Below the pieces are notes generated by a model. That model made no database searches. It worked only from the letters and a program-made list of their open reading frames with translations, and was not told the origin of the DNA. Shown here in pieces: positions 52,289-64,000 of a stretch of DNA of 64,000 bases (position 1 is the first letter of the stretch; each line of letters begins with the position of its first letter). This DNA is from Camelus dromedarius (lineage: Eukaryota), in NCBI RefSeq assembly GCF_036321535.1, contig NC_087436.1, forward strand, positions 81,656,001-81,720,000, written 5' to 3'. Made by a program: the position numbers and the translations under genes.

Positions 52289-52954
52289 GACAATAGGAAT
52301 AGTGATATTGTGTACTTCCTAGAATGGTTTAGATGGATTAAATAAGAAACTCCTATTCAGGAGTCTGGCATGATCCTGGCACATTGTATTTGATGCTCAT
52401 TTGTTGTTGTTTTTGTATAAAGCATTTCATAGTACGTGACCTACAGCAATCAGTGGAAGGTAGCTATTACTGTCCCAACAAAAACATGTGTAGTTGTCAT
52501 GTTTGCTGATTTGGGACATTATAAAACTATAGTCTCCATATTAAGCCATTTTTGAAGATCTAGTCCAACCATTCCTTCTATCACCTATCATTCAGAGCTG
52601 GTTGATAAGGGAATCCATTCGGTGTGGAAGCAAGGATCTAGCAGAAAACTCATGGAGAATGAATTGGCAGAAATTCAGGAGCCAGTGCCAGGGGAAGTGC
52701 TAATTACATCTTGAAAAAAGGAGTTTTCCTTTTCTTCCCCCACAGCCAAGAGGCCAGCCAGGAAAGCACAAGAAGCCAGAAGAAATACAGCAGAAATTTG
52801 AGCCTACAGAGAGGTAGACATTTAATGTCTTTTCTTTTCTTTTTCTTTTTCTTTCCCCTGGTTAGGCTAGAAATATAATCATACTTCTCTACTGGTAAAA
52901 GCTGGTGAGAAGGAAACTTTTTTTTTTTTTTTTTTTTGCTCTTTTGCACTTTGC

Positions 52955-54680
52955 TTTTTCATTCAGCTTTATTGATATATAATTGATATATAAAATGGTG
53001 TGAGTTTAAGGTGCACAGTGTGTTGGTTTGATACATTTATATATTGCAAATGATTACTACCATAGTGTAGCTAACACCTCCATCCCATCACATAATTACC
53101 ATTCCTTTATTGTGGTGAGAATATTTAAGATCTACTCTCTTAGCAGCTTTCAAGTATATAATTCAGTATTATTAGCTATAATCACCATGCTGTACATTAG
53201 ATCCCCAGAACTTATTTATCTTATAATTGGAAGTTTGTACTCTTTGACTAATATCGTTCCATTTTATTCGCCCTCCAACCCCTGTTAATCACTATTCTAC
53301 TCTTTACTTTGTTTAATTCAGCTTTTTAAACTCCACATATAAGTAATATGTTAAGTATTTGCCTCTTCCTTTCTGACCTATTTCACTTAGCATAATGCCC
53401 TAAAGTTTCATTCAAGTTGTCACAAATGGCAGGATTTCTTTCTTTCTCATGGCTGAACAGTATATAGATATACATATATCTATATCTATATATACATCAC
53501 ATTTTCTTTATCCATTCATCCATCCGACAGACACATTGTTTTCTTAACTTGATTACTGTGAATAATGCTGCAATGAACATGGGAAGACAGGTATCTCTAC
53601 AAGATCCTGATTTCAATTCCTTTGTATATATGCCCAGAAGTGGGATTGCTGAGTCATATGGTAGTTCTATTTTTAATTTTTTAAGGAACCTCCATACAGT
53701 TTTCCATAGTGGTTGTACCAATTTACATTCCCATCAATAGTGCACACAGGATACTTTTTCTCCACACCGTCATCAACACTTGTTTTCTCTTGCTCTTTTG
53801 ATAATAGCCATTCCAACAGGTATCAGGTGATCTCTCACTGTGGTTTTGACCTCCATCTCCCTGATGACTAGGGATGTTGTGTGCCTTTTCATGTGCCTGT
53901 TAGCCATTTGTATGTCTTTGGAATACTATCCATTCATTTCCTCTGCCTGTTTTTTAATAGGGTTGTTTGGTTTTTGCTATTGAGTTGTATCGGTTCTTTA
54001 CATATTTTTGGATATTAATCCCTTACGAGATACATGACTTACAAATACTCTCTTCCATTTCATAGGCTGCCTTTTCATTTTGTTGATTGCGTCTTTTGCT
54101 GCGCAGAAGCTTTTTAGTTTAATATAGTCCCACTTGTTGGTTTTTGCTTTTGTTACTGCACTTTCAGTGTCATATCAAAAAAAAAAAATTGACAAGACCC
54201 ATGTCAAGGAGATTTTTCCTATGTTTTCTTCTAGGCATTTTGCAGTTTCGGGTCTTATATTTAAGTCATTAACCATTTTGAGTTCATTTTTGTTAGCAGT
54301 GTAAGATAAGGGTCCAATTTCATTCTTCTGCATGTGATTATCCAGTTTCAGTTTTCTCAGCACTTTTTATTGAGTATTTTCCCCATTGAATATTCTTGGC
54401 TCCTTTGTCAAATATTAGTTGACCATAGATTCAAAGGTTTATTTCTCTTGATTGTTTCATTGGTCTATGTGTCTATTTTTATGCCATTACTATAATGTTT
54501 TGATTACTTTGCTAATACAGTTTCAAATCGTAAGTATGATATCTCCAGCTTTGTTATTCTTTCTCAGGATTGCCTTGTCTATTTGGGGTCTTCTGTGGCT
54601 CCATACAAATTTTAGAATTTTTTTTTGTATTTCTGTGAAAATGCCATTGAAATTTTGATAGGGACTACATTAAATCTATT
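52955..54680 (-). mobile_element. L1, about 1.7 kb (ORF2 3' part plus 3'UTR)
   Basis: Minus-strand ORF 53497-53721 ([22 protein letters not shown]...) is ORF2. 54175-54363 lies in the same L1 DNA. Confidence 0.95.
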
Positions 54681-55369
54681 CAAGGAAACAATTTTTAATT
54701 CAAAGTTAACTAAAGGACCTCAAAGAGCTGGGACCCCAGCCAGTGGGCAGGTGGAGATGAAACCCCTCTTACAGTCCACTCATCAGACTAGCTCTGGGAA
54801 GGAGGAGTGACTTTTTCTAATTTGTACAAAGTGCCTTACATGCAAGGATGGCCCCAAATCCTGAACCCCTTACACGTTTTTCTGGCCCTAATCTTGTCTC
54901 ATCTGTTGTCATTTTGCCTTAATAAGTTTCTAAATTTATCTAGCTAACTCTAATATAATTTGAAACCAGGAATTTTCTCAGAGCAGCAGAGAACTGGCTA
55001 CTGCTTTTAGGCACTTTTAACATCTCCCCATTGGGAGAGACCCACACTCCGTGCTATGGGTCTTATTGCCACTATGTAAACAAAGTCACCCAATACAGGG
55101 AAAATCTGCACTATCACTCCCCATGGCAGCACTCACCTAAAGAAGATGAGGAAATAGAAATCATAGGAAGCCTGAATATGGGGCTTTGGTTTAGCCTTGT
55201 CAATCCTCTCCAAAACTACAGCCTGCTTCTAAACTTCAACACTTAACTAAAAACCTATCTTTCCCAAGGCCTCCCTGGATTTCTGTATTGTCCTCACTTC
55301 TTACTGACTGTAGGAGTCACTGCATTTTGTACCAACTACACAATACTTCATTACAAACTTTCCATGCTT

Positions 55370-55595
55370 ATTCTGAAGCCAGACTACCTGGAGTCAATTG
55401 CCAGTGTCACCAGTTACTGCGTGGCCTTAAACAAATTATTCAACATTTTTGAGATTTCGTTTCTTCATTTGTAAAATGGGGGTAATAACAGACCTAATTC
55501 GTATGACGATTGAATGGTTTAGTATTTTAAAGTGCTTAAAACTTTAAAAAGTGCCCTGGCATATGATGAACACTCAATAAATGTTAGCACTAGTA
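55370..55595 (+). mobile_element. MIR SINE
   Basis: tctgaagccagactacctgg...gtttcttcatttgtaaaatgggg...cactcaataaatgttagc. Confidence 0.75.
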
Positions 55596-56924
55596 GCAGC
55601 TGTACTCAGTCTCTTATTACCTGCTACCATGGTGTTGAAACACTGAGCACCACATTCTGCTTGGATTGTTCTCCTCTGGGTCAATCTAGCTGGCGCTCCT
55701 GGTTCCTGAGTCTGGCTTAACCAATTATGAGTTCAATAATCATGACAGGTAAGACCATATTTCATATAATTTTTATATAACCATGAGCTATTTTATGGGG
55801 TTAAAAGAATTGGCTGTTCATTATTGCATAAGTGTGACATGGAACAACTGGCTGTCCACTTCAAATAACAATTAAAGGCAAAGGTGGCTATGTTCTTCTG
55901 AACATTAATATTTACATTTTATCCTTTTAATTAAATACTTGACTTTAGTCCAAAGAGGTGCCAACATAATTTGATTTTGAAAATTCAAACTTCCAGAATT
56001 CTTTCCAGCCTTAAAGGAACCAAATGAAAATCTGCATATTGACACAGCACACATAGAACTGTCCTCAATTTTCAGTGTAGGAAACCTACACACAATTATT
56101 TCAGCAAATTAAAGGTAGCTTTTAAAATATACTATAGATGTTTACCATCCTAACAAATCTTAGAACCACAGAATGTGTGGGCATCTAATTTTTTTTACAG
56201 ACCTAATCATGCTCATTTACTTAGTCCTAGTATTACAGTTCTTGGTAGATTATTAGCTGTGTAACTTTAAGCCAAGAGTCGGTTTTGTCACCTGTAACAA
56301 GCAAATAATAGAATCTCTATTCATAAACGTGTTGTGAGAATGGAATGAGTTAATGGTCCTTAGCCCAGTGCCTGGATGGAAAATGATAGCATTCATCATA
56401 ATCACCATCTTCTTCCACACACCTCAATAACTCACATCTGTGTAATACCTTTTAACTGATAAAATATAAGAAATAGTGAGTTAAGAAAGCAAACCTACAA
56501 TCATTTGAGCAGAATAATCAGTGCCTATGGCTGGAAAGAATTTAGGTAAATGAAGAAACCAAAAGATATTAAAAAGTTTTCTTTTTTCTCATCCATGTCT
56601 ATAAACGGTGTTATCTGTCCCACCCAGCCATCCCTTCTTTGCATGACTGTTCTAAGGAGCAAAAAGGTAAAATGTTTAAGTCACTCAGCCAAACTTATGG
56701 CTATTCTTAGAAAAAAGTGCTGTGTGTCCCCATGAAGCTTCACAAGATACAAAAATACCTAGAGGGTGTATTTTCATGTGAACTGGGTCTATCTTTCTGG
56801 TTATTTGATAGGTTTCTTCAGCCATAGTTACTTGAGAGAGGGTACATAACACTAGATGCAGTAAATTATGTATTTCTATGAAAATAAAACTAATGAAATA
56901 AATAAAATACTCAGTTTAGAAGAA

Positions 56925-57560
56925 GTTTAAAAATGGACAGATGGACAGAATAGATACTTTTCCAAAGAAGATATACAGATGGCCAATAGGCACATGAAAA
57001 CTGTTCAGTGTCACTAATCATCAAAAAAGTGCAAATCAAAACCACAATGAACCTATACTGAAAAAAACTGAAAATGAATATATGTATGTATATGTATGAC
57101 TGAAACATTATACTGTACACCAGAAATAACACATTATAAACTGACTATACTTCAAAAAAAAAGAGAATGCAAAAAAAATGAGATATTACCTCACATCTGT
57201 CAAAATGTCTTACAATGGACTATTACTCAGCCATAAAAAGAATGAAATTCTGGCATTTGCAGCAACATAGACAGAACCAGAGGGTACTGAGTTTAGTGAA
57301 ATAAGTCAGAGAAAGAAATATAAATACTCTGTTATCACTTATATGTGGAATCTAAAAAATAAAACAAATAATATATAACAAAACAAAAGCAGACTCACAG
57401 GTGTAGAGAACAAACTAATAGTCACTAGTGGGGAGGTGGAAGGGAGAGATGCAAGATAAAGTTATGGAATTAAGAGATACAAAATACTTGTAAAAAATAG
57501 ATTTTAAAATAGGGGTATATTGTACAGGGAAATATAGCCAGTATTTTGTAATAACCTTAA
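56925..57560 (+). mobile_element. L1 fragment with a nested younger L1 3' end (about 57050-57175)
   Basis: ...gcaaatcaaaaccacaatga[insert ending in an A-run]tgagatattacctcac... Confidence 0.85.
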
Positions 57561-58901
57561 AAGAAGCATAATTTTTAAACTGTATAATTTAAAAAATGCT
57601 GTTTTACTAATCTTTTTACCCACATAGTACATTGCATATGTACATACGGTACATAGTAGGCATTTGAGAAGTAGAGTGAAGAATTAGAGAAAAATTCATA
57701 AGATATTTTTCTCAAAATTTGCCTTAAGATGTAGAAATTTTTCTTCATTCCAAAGCTACTTCCTTGCTTCAGATGACCTTGAACTAACCTTTTTCTCTGA
57801 ACACACTGCAGCTTACCTTAGTGCACCATCAAGCCCCAGACAACACACAGCAGAGCCTGGCTCGACTGCATATAAACAAACTATTAATCATTTCAAACTA
57901 CTAGCTCCCTTTAGTACAGTAATTTACAGACAGTACACACTCAATAAATGTTATTGGAGGTTATGATTAATAGTATGAACATTAAAGGCACACAGTAGTC
58001 AATAAACACTTGTTGAATACTTGATTTAACAGTAAATTGAGAGTGTTTAGCTAAGAGTAAAAACGACTTTTCTTAATCTGGAATTATTTTCCCAAGGTGT
58101 GGCGTTTGCCATTTCTAAATCACCATCTAAAGTGTGTTTTCTCTTCAAACCCTACATTTTTTAAAAATGTGTATACTTTTATCTAATGTCATAGAAAATG
58201 TTCTACTTTCACACATCAATTAGAGAGAGAATAACTAAAGTAACAGATTACTAAAGACTTAGGGCAAAATCATTTGTTGTGAAATGCACCAAAGCAGTAA
58301 CTTGAAACTCACCAAGAAGACCTAATAAAATATAAACTAAAATTAGCAACTACAGACTACTGAAAATATTTTAGTATAAAATACTCCTCCTTTTGTTTTT
58401 AACAATCTTTTCTAAAGGCTAGATCAATTAATCCTATTTATCACAAAACAGCAACGGTAGAACATTCGCAAGTATCTACATCTAAGAAGTTTTCACAAAT
58501 TTAAAAATATATCTCTTTTGCTGGCTTTGAAGTATAGCTCTGACTATAAAATGTGTCATTTTCTAAATGAAAAATCATTTCTTTATCAGATTTCTGTGTG
58601 TTTTTATCAGTTTTACAGGTTTTGCTTTCCTTCTCCCTTTGACGGTTTTAAAATAATTGAAACATCAATTCTGCAAATTAAATACATCATAAAAATACTA
58701 CTAGGTATACATGTTTAACAACTGATCTCTACTGCACATACATTCACAAACACAAAAATCACACATATAACAAGTTGTCATACAACGTGATCTTATCTAT
58801 ATTCCATAGGACTCAAATCAAATAGACTATATCATCATATTGGAGATCACATTTTAAATCAACTCATTTCCACAAAATTCCTTTTCAGTTTCATTGTATG
58901 C

Positions 58902-59607
58902 TTTTTTTTTAATTGAAGTATAGTTGATTTACAAAGTTGTGTTGGTTTCAGGTGTACAGAAGAGTAATTCAGTTATACATATATGTATTCTTTTTCAGAC
59001 TCGTTTCCATTATAGGTTATTACAAGATATTGAATATAATTCCCTGTGCTATACAGTAAGTCCTTGTTGCTTTTCCATTTTATATGTAGTAGTGTGTATA
59101 CATTAATCCCAAACTCCCAATTTATCCCTCTCTCCCATTTCCCCTTTGGTAACCATAAGTTTGTTTTCTATATCTGTGAGTCTATTTCTGCTTTGTAAAT
59201 AAGTTCATTTGTATCATATTTTAGATTCCACATATAAATGATATTGTATGATATTTGCCTTTCTCTGTCTGACTTACTTTACTTAATATGATAATCTCTA
59301 GGTCCATCCATGTTGCTGCAAGTGGCATTATATCATTCTTCTTATGGCTGAGTAATATTCATATATATGTATATGTGTGTGTGTATATATATATACCACA
59401 ACTTCTTTATCCATTCATCTGTCGATGGACATTTAGGTTGCTTCCATGTCTTGGCTATTGTAAATAGTGCTGCTATGAACATTGGTGTGCATATATCTTT
59501 TTTAATTAGAGTTCTCTCTGAATATATGCCCAGGAGTGGGACTGCTAGATCAGATGGTAATTCTATTTTTAGTTTTCTAATGAACCTCCATACTTATCTC
59601 CATAGTA
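58902..59607 (-). mobile_element. L1 3' end
   Basis: polyT, then aattgaagtatagttgatttaca...ccatgtcttggctattgtaaatagtgctgctatgaac. Confidence 0.92.
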
Positions 59608-61310
59608 TTTCCATAAAATGTAATGTATTCATAAGTAGTAATATTGAATTCCTTTAATAATCACTTAGTATTTTTAATATACCTGATTTGAATTTCAGAC
59701 TCATCAGTTTTGATGAGTGATTTTAATGGAAATGAAATAATGTTTTATAAGCAAATATTCACTGAGATTAGTGAAAAATTCATAAAGCTTCAAATCACCT
59801 GTGTTCTATTTTCTATTTATTTCTTCTTATACCTTTTCTTAGTAATCTGTCTTGCTCAGTGGCATCAGCTAATATCTGTGATAATAAATTATCACTGAAT
59901 TTTTACAGAAAGCCTTGAAAATAAAGATGTAAGGACCCAAGGGAGAACTTTGAACTATATCTTAGTCATCAGTGTGGCTCCTGTATCTCCTAACATGATG
60001 CTCTCCATGGGATTGTACTCACTCACTCATTCCATCACAGATATTCTTAATTTCAGTAAATATGTGCCAAGTTCTGCACCAATCACTAGGGTAAACACAG
60101 AATAAGACCTGGTTCCTTCTCCTAAGGAGGCTGGAAGCTACCAAGGGATTTGAGTCCTAAAGGGGAATACAATAAATATACCATAAATGTTTGGTAAGGG
60201 ACTGTTTGGTAAGAGGGAATGAGGTAGATGTGAGCAACAAATATCTGTGCAGTGCTGTCACTTGCTCACTTATTTGTGAGGCCAACTCTCAATTCATTTT
60301 TCTATGTATTGGAACACAATATCAAACAACAACTTACTCAGAAAGGAACCAGATGTAAAATTAGACAATTGTTTGGGGTTGTCGAGGAACTAGTTCTCCT
60401 GTTATTAAAATTCTTGCATATTAACTACAAGTACTTCTGCTGATGGCCCCATCATTAATCCACAAATCCTGGGAATGATGGCACCCTAAAGGACTCATGA
60501 AAAACTAAATTAAGATAACTGTCTAAAATAGTCCAGTGTTAAATCAACCTTCATTTCTCCTGTAAATTTAATATACCTTAGATCATTCTTAGTATCAAAT
60601 TACTCAACATATGGTCCAAATCCTTCTGTTTAAAAATAGATATTCACTTGAACTTTATTTTGATTTCTAACCTGGTTTCTTTGGAAACCACACTGTATAC
60701 AGAAATGAATTTAAATGACAAAATCAAAAACATAAAATAAAATAATCCAGTGTTACGTATACAAAGTCTACTTTTGGATGAAGTTATCTAGTCTGTACAC
60801 ATGTGTACATGCGTATGTGTGCATTTGATTAATTTAAGGTGCACTGTGTCCATCTGATTAATTTAAGGTGCAATAGGCATTCCCATCTTCTGGGTCATTT
60901 TGCCAAGTTCTGTTGCCTTTTTTTGTTTCCGTGCTTCTTGGTACGCTGACTAATAATAATATTAGGGAACTGATTTGTATTGTTCTGGACTAGGGGGCAG
61001 TTACCATAATTAACTACATTTATTTCCTTATGTTTAATAGCAATAAATAGTTAATTCTCCTCAAAACATTTTAAATTGATCAGGTTTAAAGAGAAATGTA
61101 TAACAAGATAAGCCTTTCTGACTTTTTTATCTTGGCCTATTCCAATCATCATTTTATTTTGAACAATTCTTGAGATAATAAGCTTTATTTTAATTTTCAC
61201 TTTTGTGTTTGATTAAAAGTTTAAGTTTATAAGCAAAACACCATTAAGCAAAAAAAAAAAAAAAAAACAACAAAAGACACTATTCAATTTTATCTAAAAA
61301 TTTAGTGCTC

Positions 61311-61880
61311 CTACATACAATAGCCAAGACATGGAAACAACCTAAATGTCGATTGACAAATGATTGGATAAAGAAGTTGTAGTATATTTACACAATGGAA
61401 TACTATTCAGCCATTAAAAAGAATAAAATAATGTCATTTGCAGCAACATGGATGGACCTAGAGATCATCATTCTAAGTGAAGTAAGCCAGAAAGAGAAAG
61501 AAAAATACCACATATCACTCATATGTGGGATCTAAAAAAAAAAAAAAAAAACAGAAAAGAAAACAAAGGACATTATGAACTCATCTACAAAACAGAAACA
61601 GACTTGCAGACATAGTAAATAATCTTATAATCTTATGGTTACTGGGGAAAGGGGGTGGGAAGGGATAAATTTGGGAGTTTGTTAGCCACTATATATAAAA
61701 ATAGATTTTTAAAAGTTTCTTCTGTATAGCACAGGGAACTATGTTCAATATCTTATAATAACCTTTAGTGAAAAAGAAATATAAAAACTAATATATATAT
61801 GTATATGCATGACTGGGAGGTTGTGCTGTATACCAGAAATTGACACATTGTAATTGACTGTACTTCAATTAAAAAAAATG
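61311..61880 (+). mobile_element. Young L1 3' end
   Basis: acaatagccaagacatggaaacaacc...gacacattgtaattgactgtacttcaattaaaaaa. Confidence 0.92.
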
Positions 61881-61884
61881 TAAT

Positions 61885-62025
61885 GTGTGGGTTGGGGGTA
61901 TAGTTCGGTGGTAGAGCTTGTGCCTAGCATGCAGGAGATGCTGGGTTCAAGTCCCAGTACCTCCATTAACAACAAAAAAATCTTTTTTAATTATTTAAAT
62001 AAATAAATGAAAATAAATGAATAAA
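61885..62025 (+). mobile_element. Vic-1-type tRNA SINE directly after the L1 tail
   Basis: gggggtatagttcggtggtagagc...ctgggttcaagtcccagtacctcc, followed by an A-rich tail. Confidence 0.85.
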
Positions 62026-62559
62026 AATACTACTGTTCCTAAGTAGTAACTGAATAAAAATTTGTACTTGTTTCAGATTTTGAGAAACAGACTCTTCCAA
62101 TTACTTCAGTATTTCCCTGATGGTATATAGGTATCTGTTCATTCTCACCATGATCAAATCGGACATAATAGCCAGGCAACTAAGAGAACTAGATTCTGAT
62201 TCTTTTTCTCTGTGACTTGAGAAATATACTTAACTTTCTTCTTTCAAATGTAAAAAGTTGAGTGGGGAGAGTAAAAAACAAAAATCTCTAAGTCTCCTTT
62301 CATCTTTTCTGCATTTTCAGCCATTTTTTTAAAAAAAATTCTTTGTATACTAGGCATTGGGCTGTAAACTAAGAATACAAAGGTAAATAAATAATACATG
62401 GTCTCTGCTCTAAGGAGTTCAGAGTCTATTAGGAGAGAGAGAACTATAAACATAATTGTAGGCCTATCTGAAAAAAACAGTATTAGTTAATATTTAATGA
62501 ATTTAATGCTAAGTATTCTGCATGTATTATTTAATTTTTTTCTCCACAATAAAATAATC

Positions 62560-62725
62560 ATTAAAGAAATACCATCATTACCCACATTACACAAGTGAAG
62601 ACACTGAAGCCTGGAGAGTTTGTGTAACTTGACCAAAGTCACGCAGCTCAAAATAAATAGGGGACAGAGTTGAGATTTGAATTCTGGTGGCATGACTTCA
62701 GGGTCCATGCCTTAACCATTGAGCA
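62560..62725 (-). mobile_element. MIR SINE
   Basis: cccacattacacaagtgaagacactgaagcctggagag...aacttgaccaaagtcacgcagc. Confidence 0.7.
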
Positions 62726-63646
62726 TCTTGTATCCAGGAGGAGGAATAATAGCACAGAATGCCATGAAGACATTAAGTATAACCAACAAGGGGGCACAGG
62801 AGCCACACATCCCTGTTTTAACTGGGACAGTCTGTTTCACTCATGTTTTCCTAGGATCATTTTTAATAATGTCCCTCAAAATGCTTCATGAAGATGATAA
62901 TTATTCGGTCATCCTATTCATAAAGGAAGTTACATTTGAGCTTGTATCTAAAAAGGCAAATGGGAGTTTGCCAGCTGGAGAACGGGAGGAAGGAGGCTGC
63001 TCCAGGCAAGAGGACCATGAAACATCAAGGCAAGGAAATGGAATACAGCTCAGGAAGGAGGAGCCTGGGCGCTGGAGCAGAAGGCCCGCGGGCAGATCTC
63101 AGCCCACCATGACTAGCTGCAAATATCCCCTGTATCACAACTAGAGTGAGCTTTGGAAAACAAGTGATAACTGCACCAGTCTTCTGACAAAATCCTGTTA
63201 CTGGGCTCCCATTGCCCTTAGAATGAAGCCTGAATTCCTTATTGCAACTTACAAGGTCCCCAGGATCAGCTTTGCCCCGTCTCCGCTCCATCATGATCAC
63301 CTTCCCCGGTGCCTCCCTGTGCTCCAGCCTCACCCTCTCTTCTCTGGCCCACTTCCAGCCTTTCACATGATTTCCCGTTTCCTCAGGGAGGAACTTCCCT
63401 GCCTAAAGTAGTCCTCCCCACCCCCTGCTCCACTGAATTATCTATCTCAGCACCTCGCATATGTCCCTTAGCACCTCATCCCATCAGTTAACTATTTTGA
63501 GTGTTTATGTTGTGTATTTATTGGTCATCTGGCTCTGACACTAGAATGTCAGCCCTTAAGGGCAAGAGCCTTATCTGTCCTGTTCACAGGTGCCATGCAA
63601 CACACAGGTGTTTTGTAAATGTTAGCTGAATGAATGAAGTGTTAGG

Positions 63647-64000
63647 TGTGAAAGGAAAATCAAAATGGAATCAGTATTGCTAAAAGAGCTCTCTAAGATG
63701 GAGCCAGTATAACTGAGCAGGACCCTATGGGGTCCTCCCAGGACAGACCCTTCCCCATATCCTCTGCTTTAGCTCCTCTCCAGAGTACCTAGATAACAGT
63801 ATTTGATGCACATGTGCTGAGTTGTTTTACAGACGTGAAAACCACCTACCAAATGAAGACGAGAACTACTTGATGACCATGAGCACATCCTGGAGCCTAA
63901 GAATTGATAATGTTAGTCCCTGTGACACCACCCTATTACCCCAACATCAACCAATCAGAGAATTGTGCATGATGGGATCACAGACCCTGCGGCTCCCACC
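63647..64000 (+). mobile_element. ERV1-like LTR(s), truncated by the window edge
   Basis: Starts tgtgaaaggaaaatcaaaatgg, then agtacctagataacag and caaccaatcagagaattgtgca. Family not identified. Confidence 0.55.

Noticed and set aside
60864..60950. Minus-strand ag|SAYQEARKQKKATELGKMTQKMGMPIAP* as a terminal coding exon
   Set aside because: The pyrimidine tract is weak, there is no recognisable homology, and there are no partner exons.
937..63491. ORFs of the six-frame track as protein-coding genes
   Set aside because: All are short (168 aa or less), many start at non-ATG codons, and they are either L1 ORF2 remnants (or their antisense) or lack any recognisable domain or exon structure.

Overview
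AT-rich mammalian genomic DNA. It is very probably camelid, inferred from five copies of a tRNA-derived SINE of the camelid Vic-1 type. I find no credible protein-coding exon: the ORF track is L1 ORF2 debris plus chance ORFs. The window appears to cover the 5' non-coding part of MAPK10 (JNK3) on the minus strand. A 115-nt 5'UTR exon at 5898-6012 has canonical splice sites and closely resembles the human MAPK10 5'UTR exon as I remember it (not database-checked). An internal promoter/first-exon region at about 11.58-12.1 kb has a near-perfect RFX X-box, a fused E-box/CRE and an octamer, and candidate alternative non-coding exons lie at about 9.2-9.8 kb. The remainder (about 12-64 kb) is repeat-rich upstream/intronic DNA: L1, L2, MIR, ERVL/MaLR/ERV1 LTRs, hAT MITEs and microsatellites. 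The most notable observations are a pair of inverted L1 copies 2 kb apart sharing a frameshift and other variants (possible gene conversion or dsRNA), a 38-nt 3'-truncated U2 snRNA retrocopy with a target-site duplication (TSD), uORFs in the 5'UTR exon, and a (CAG)13 tract near the promoter. I see no convincing evidence of a novel multi-gene system. Repeat boundaries and subfamily names were assigned by eye and are approximate.
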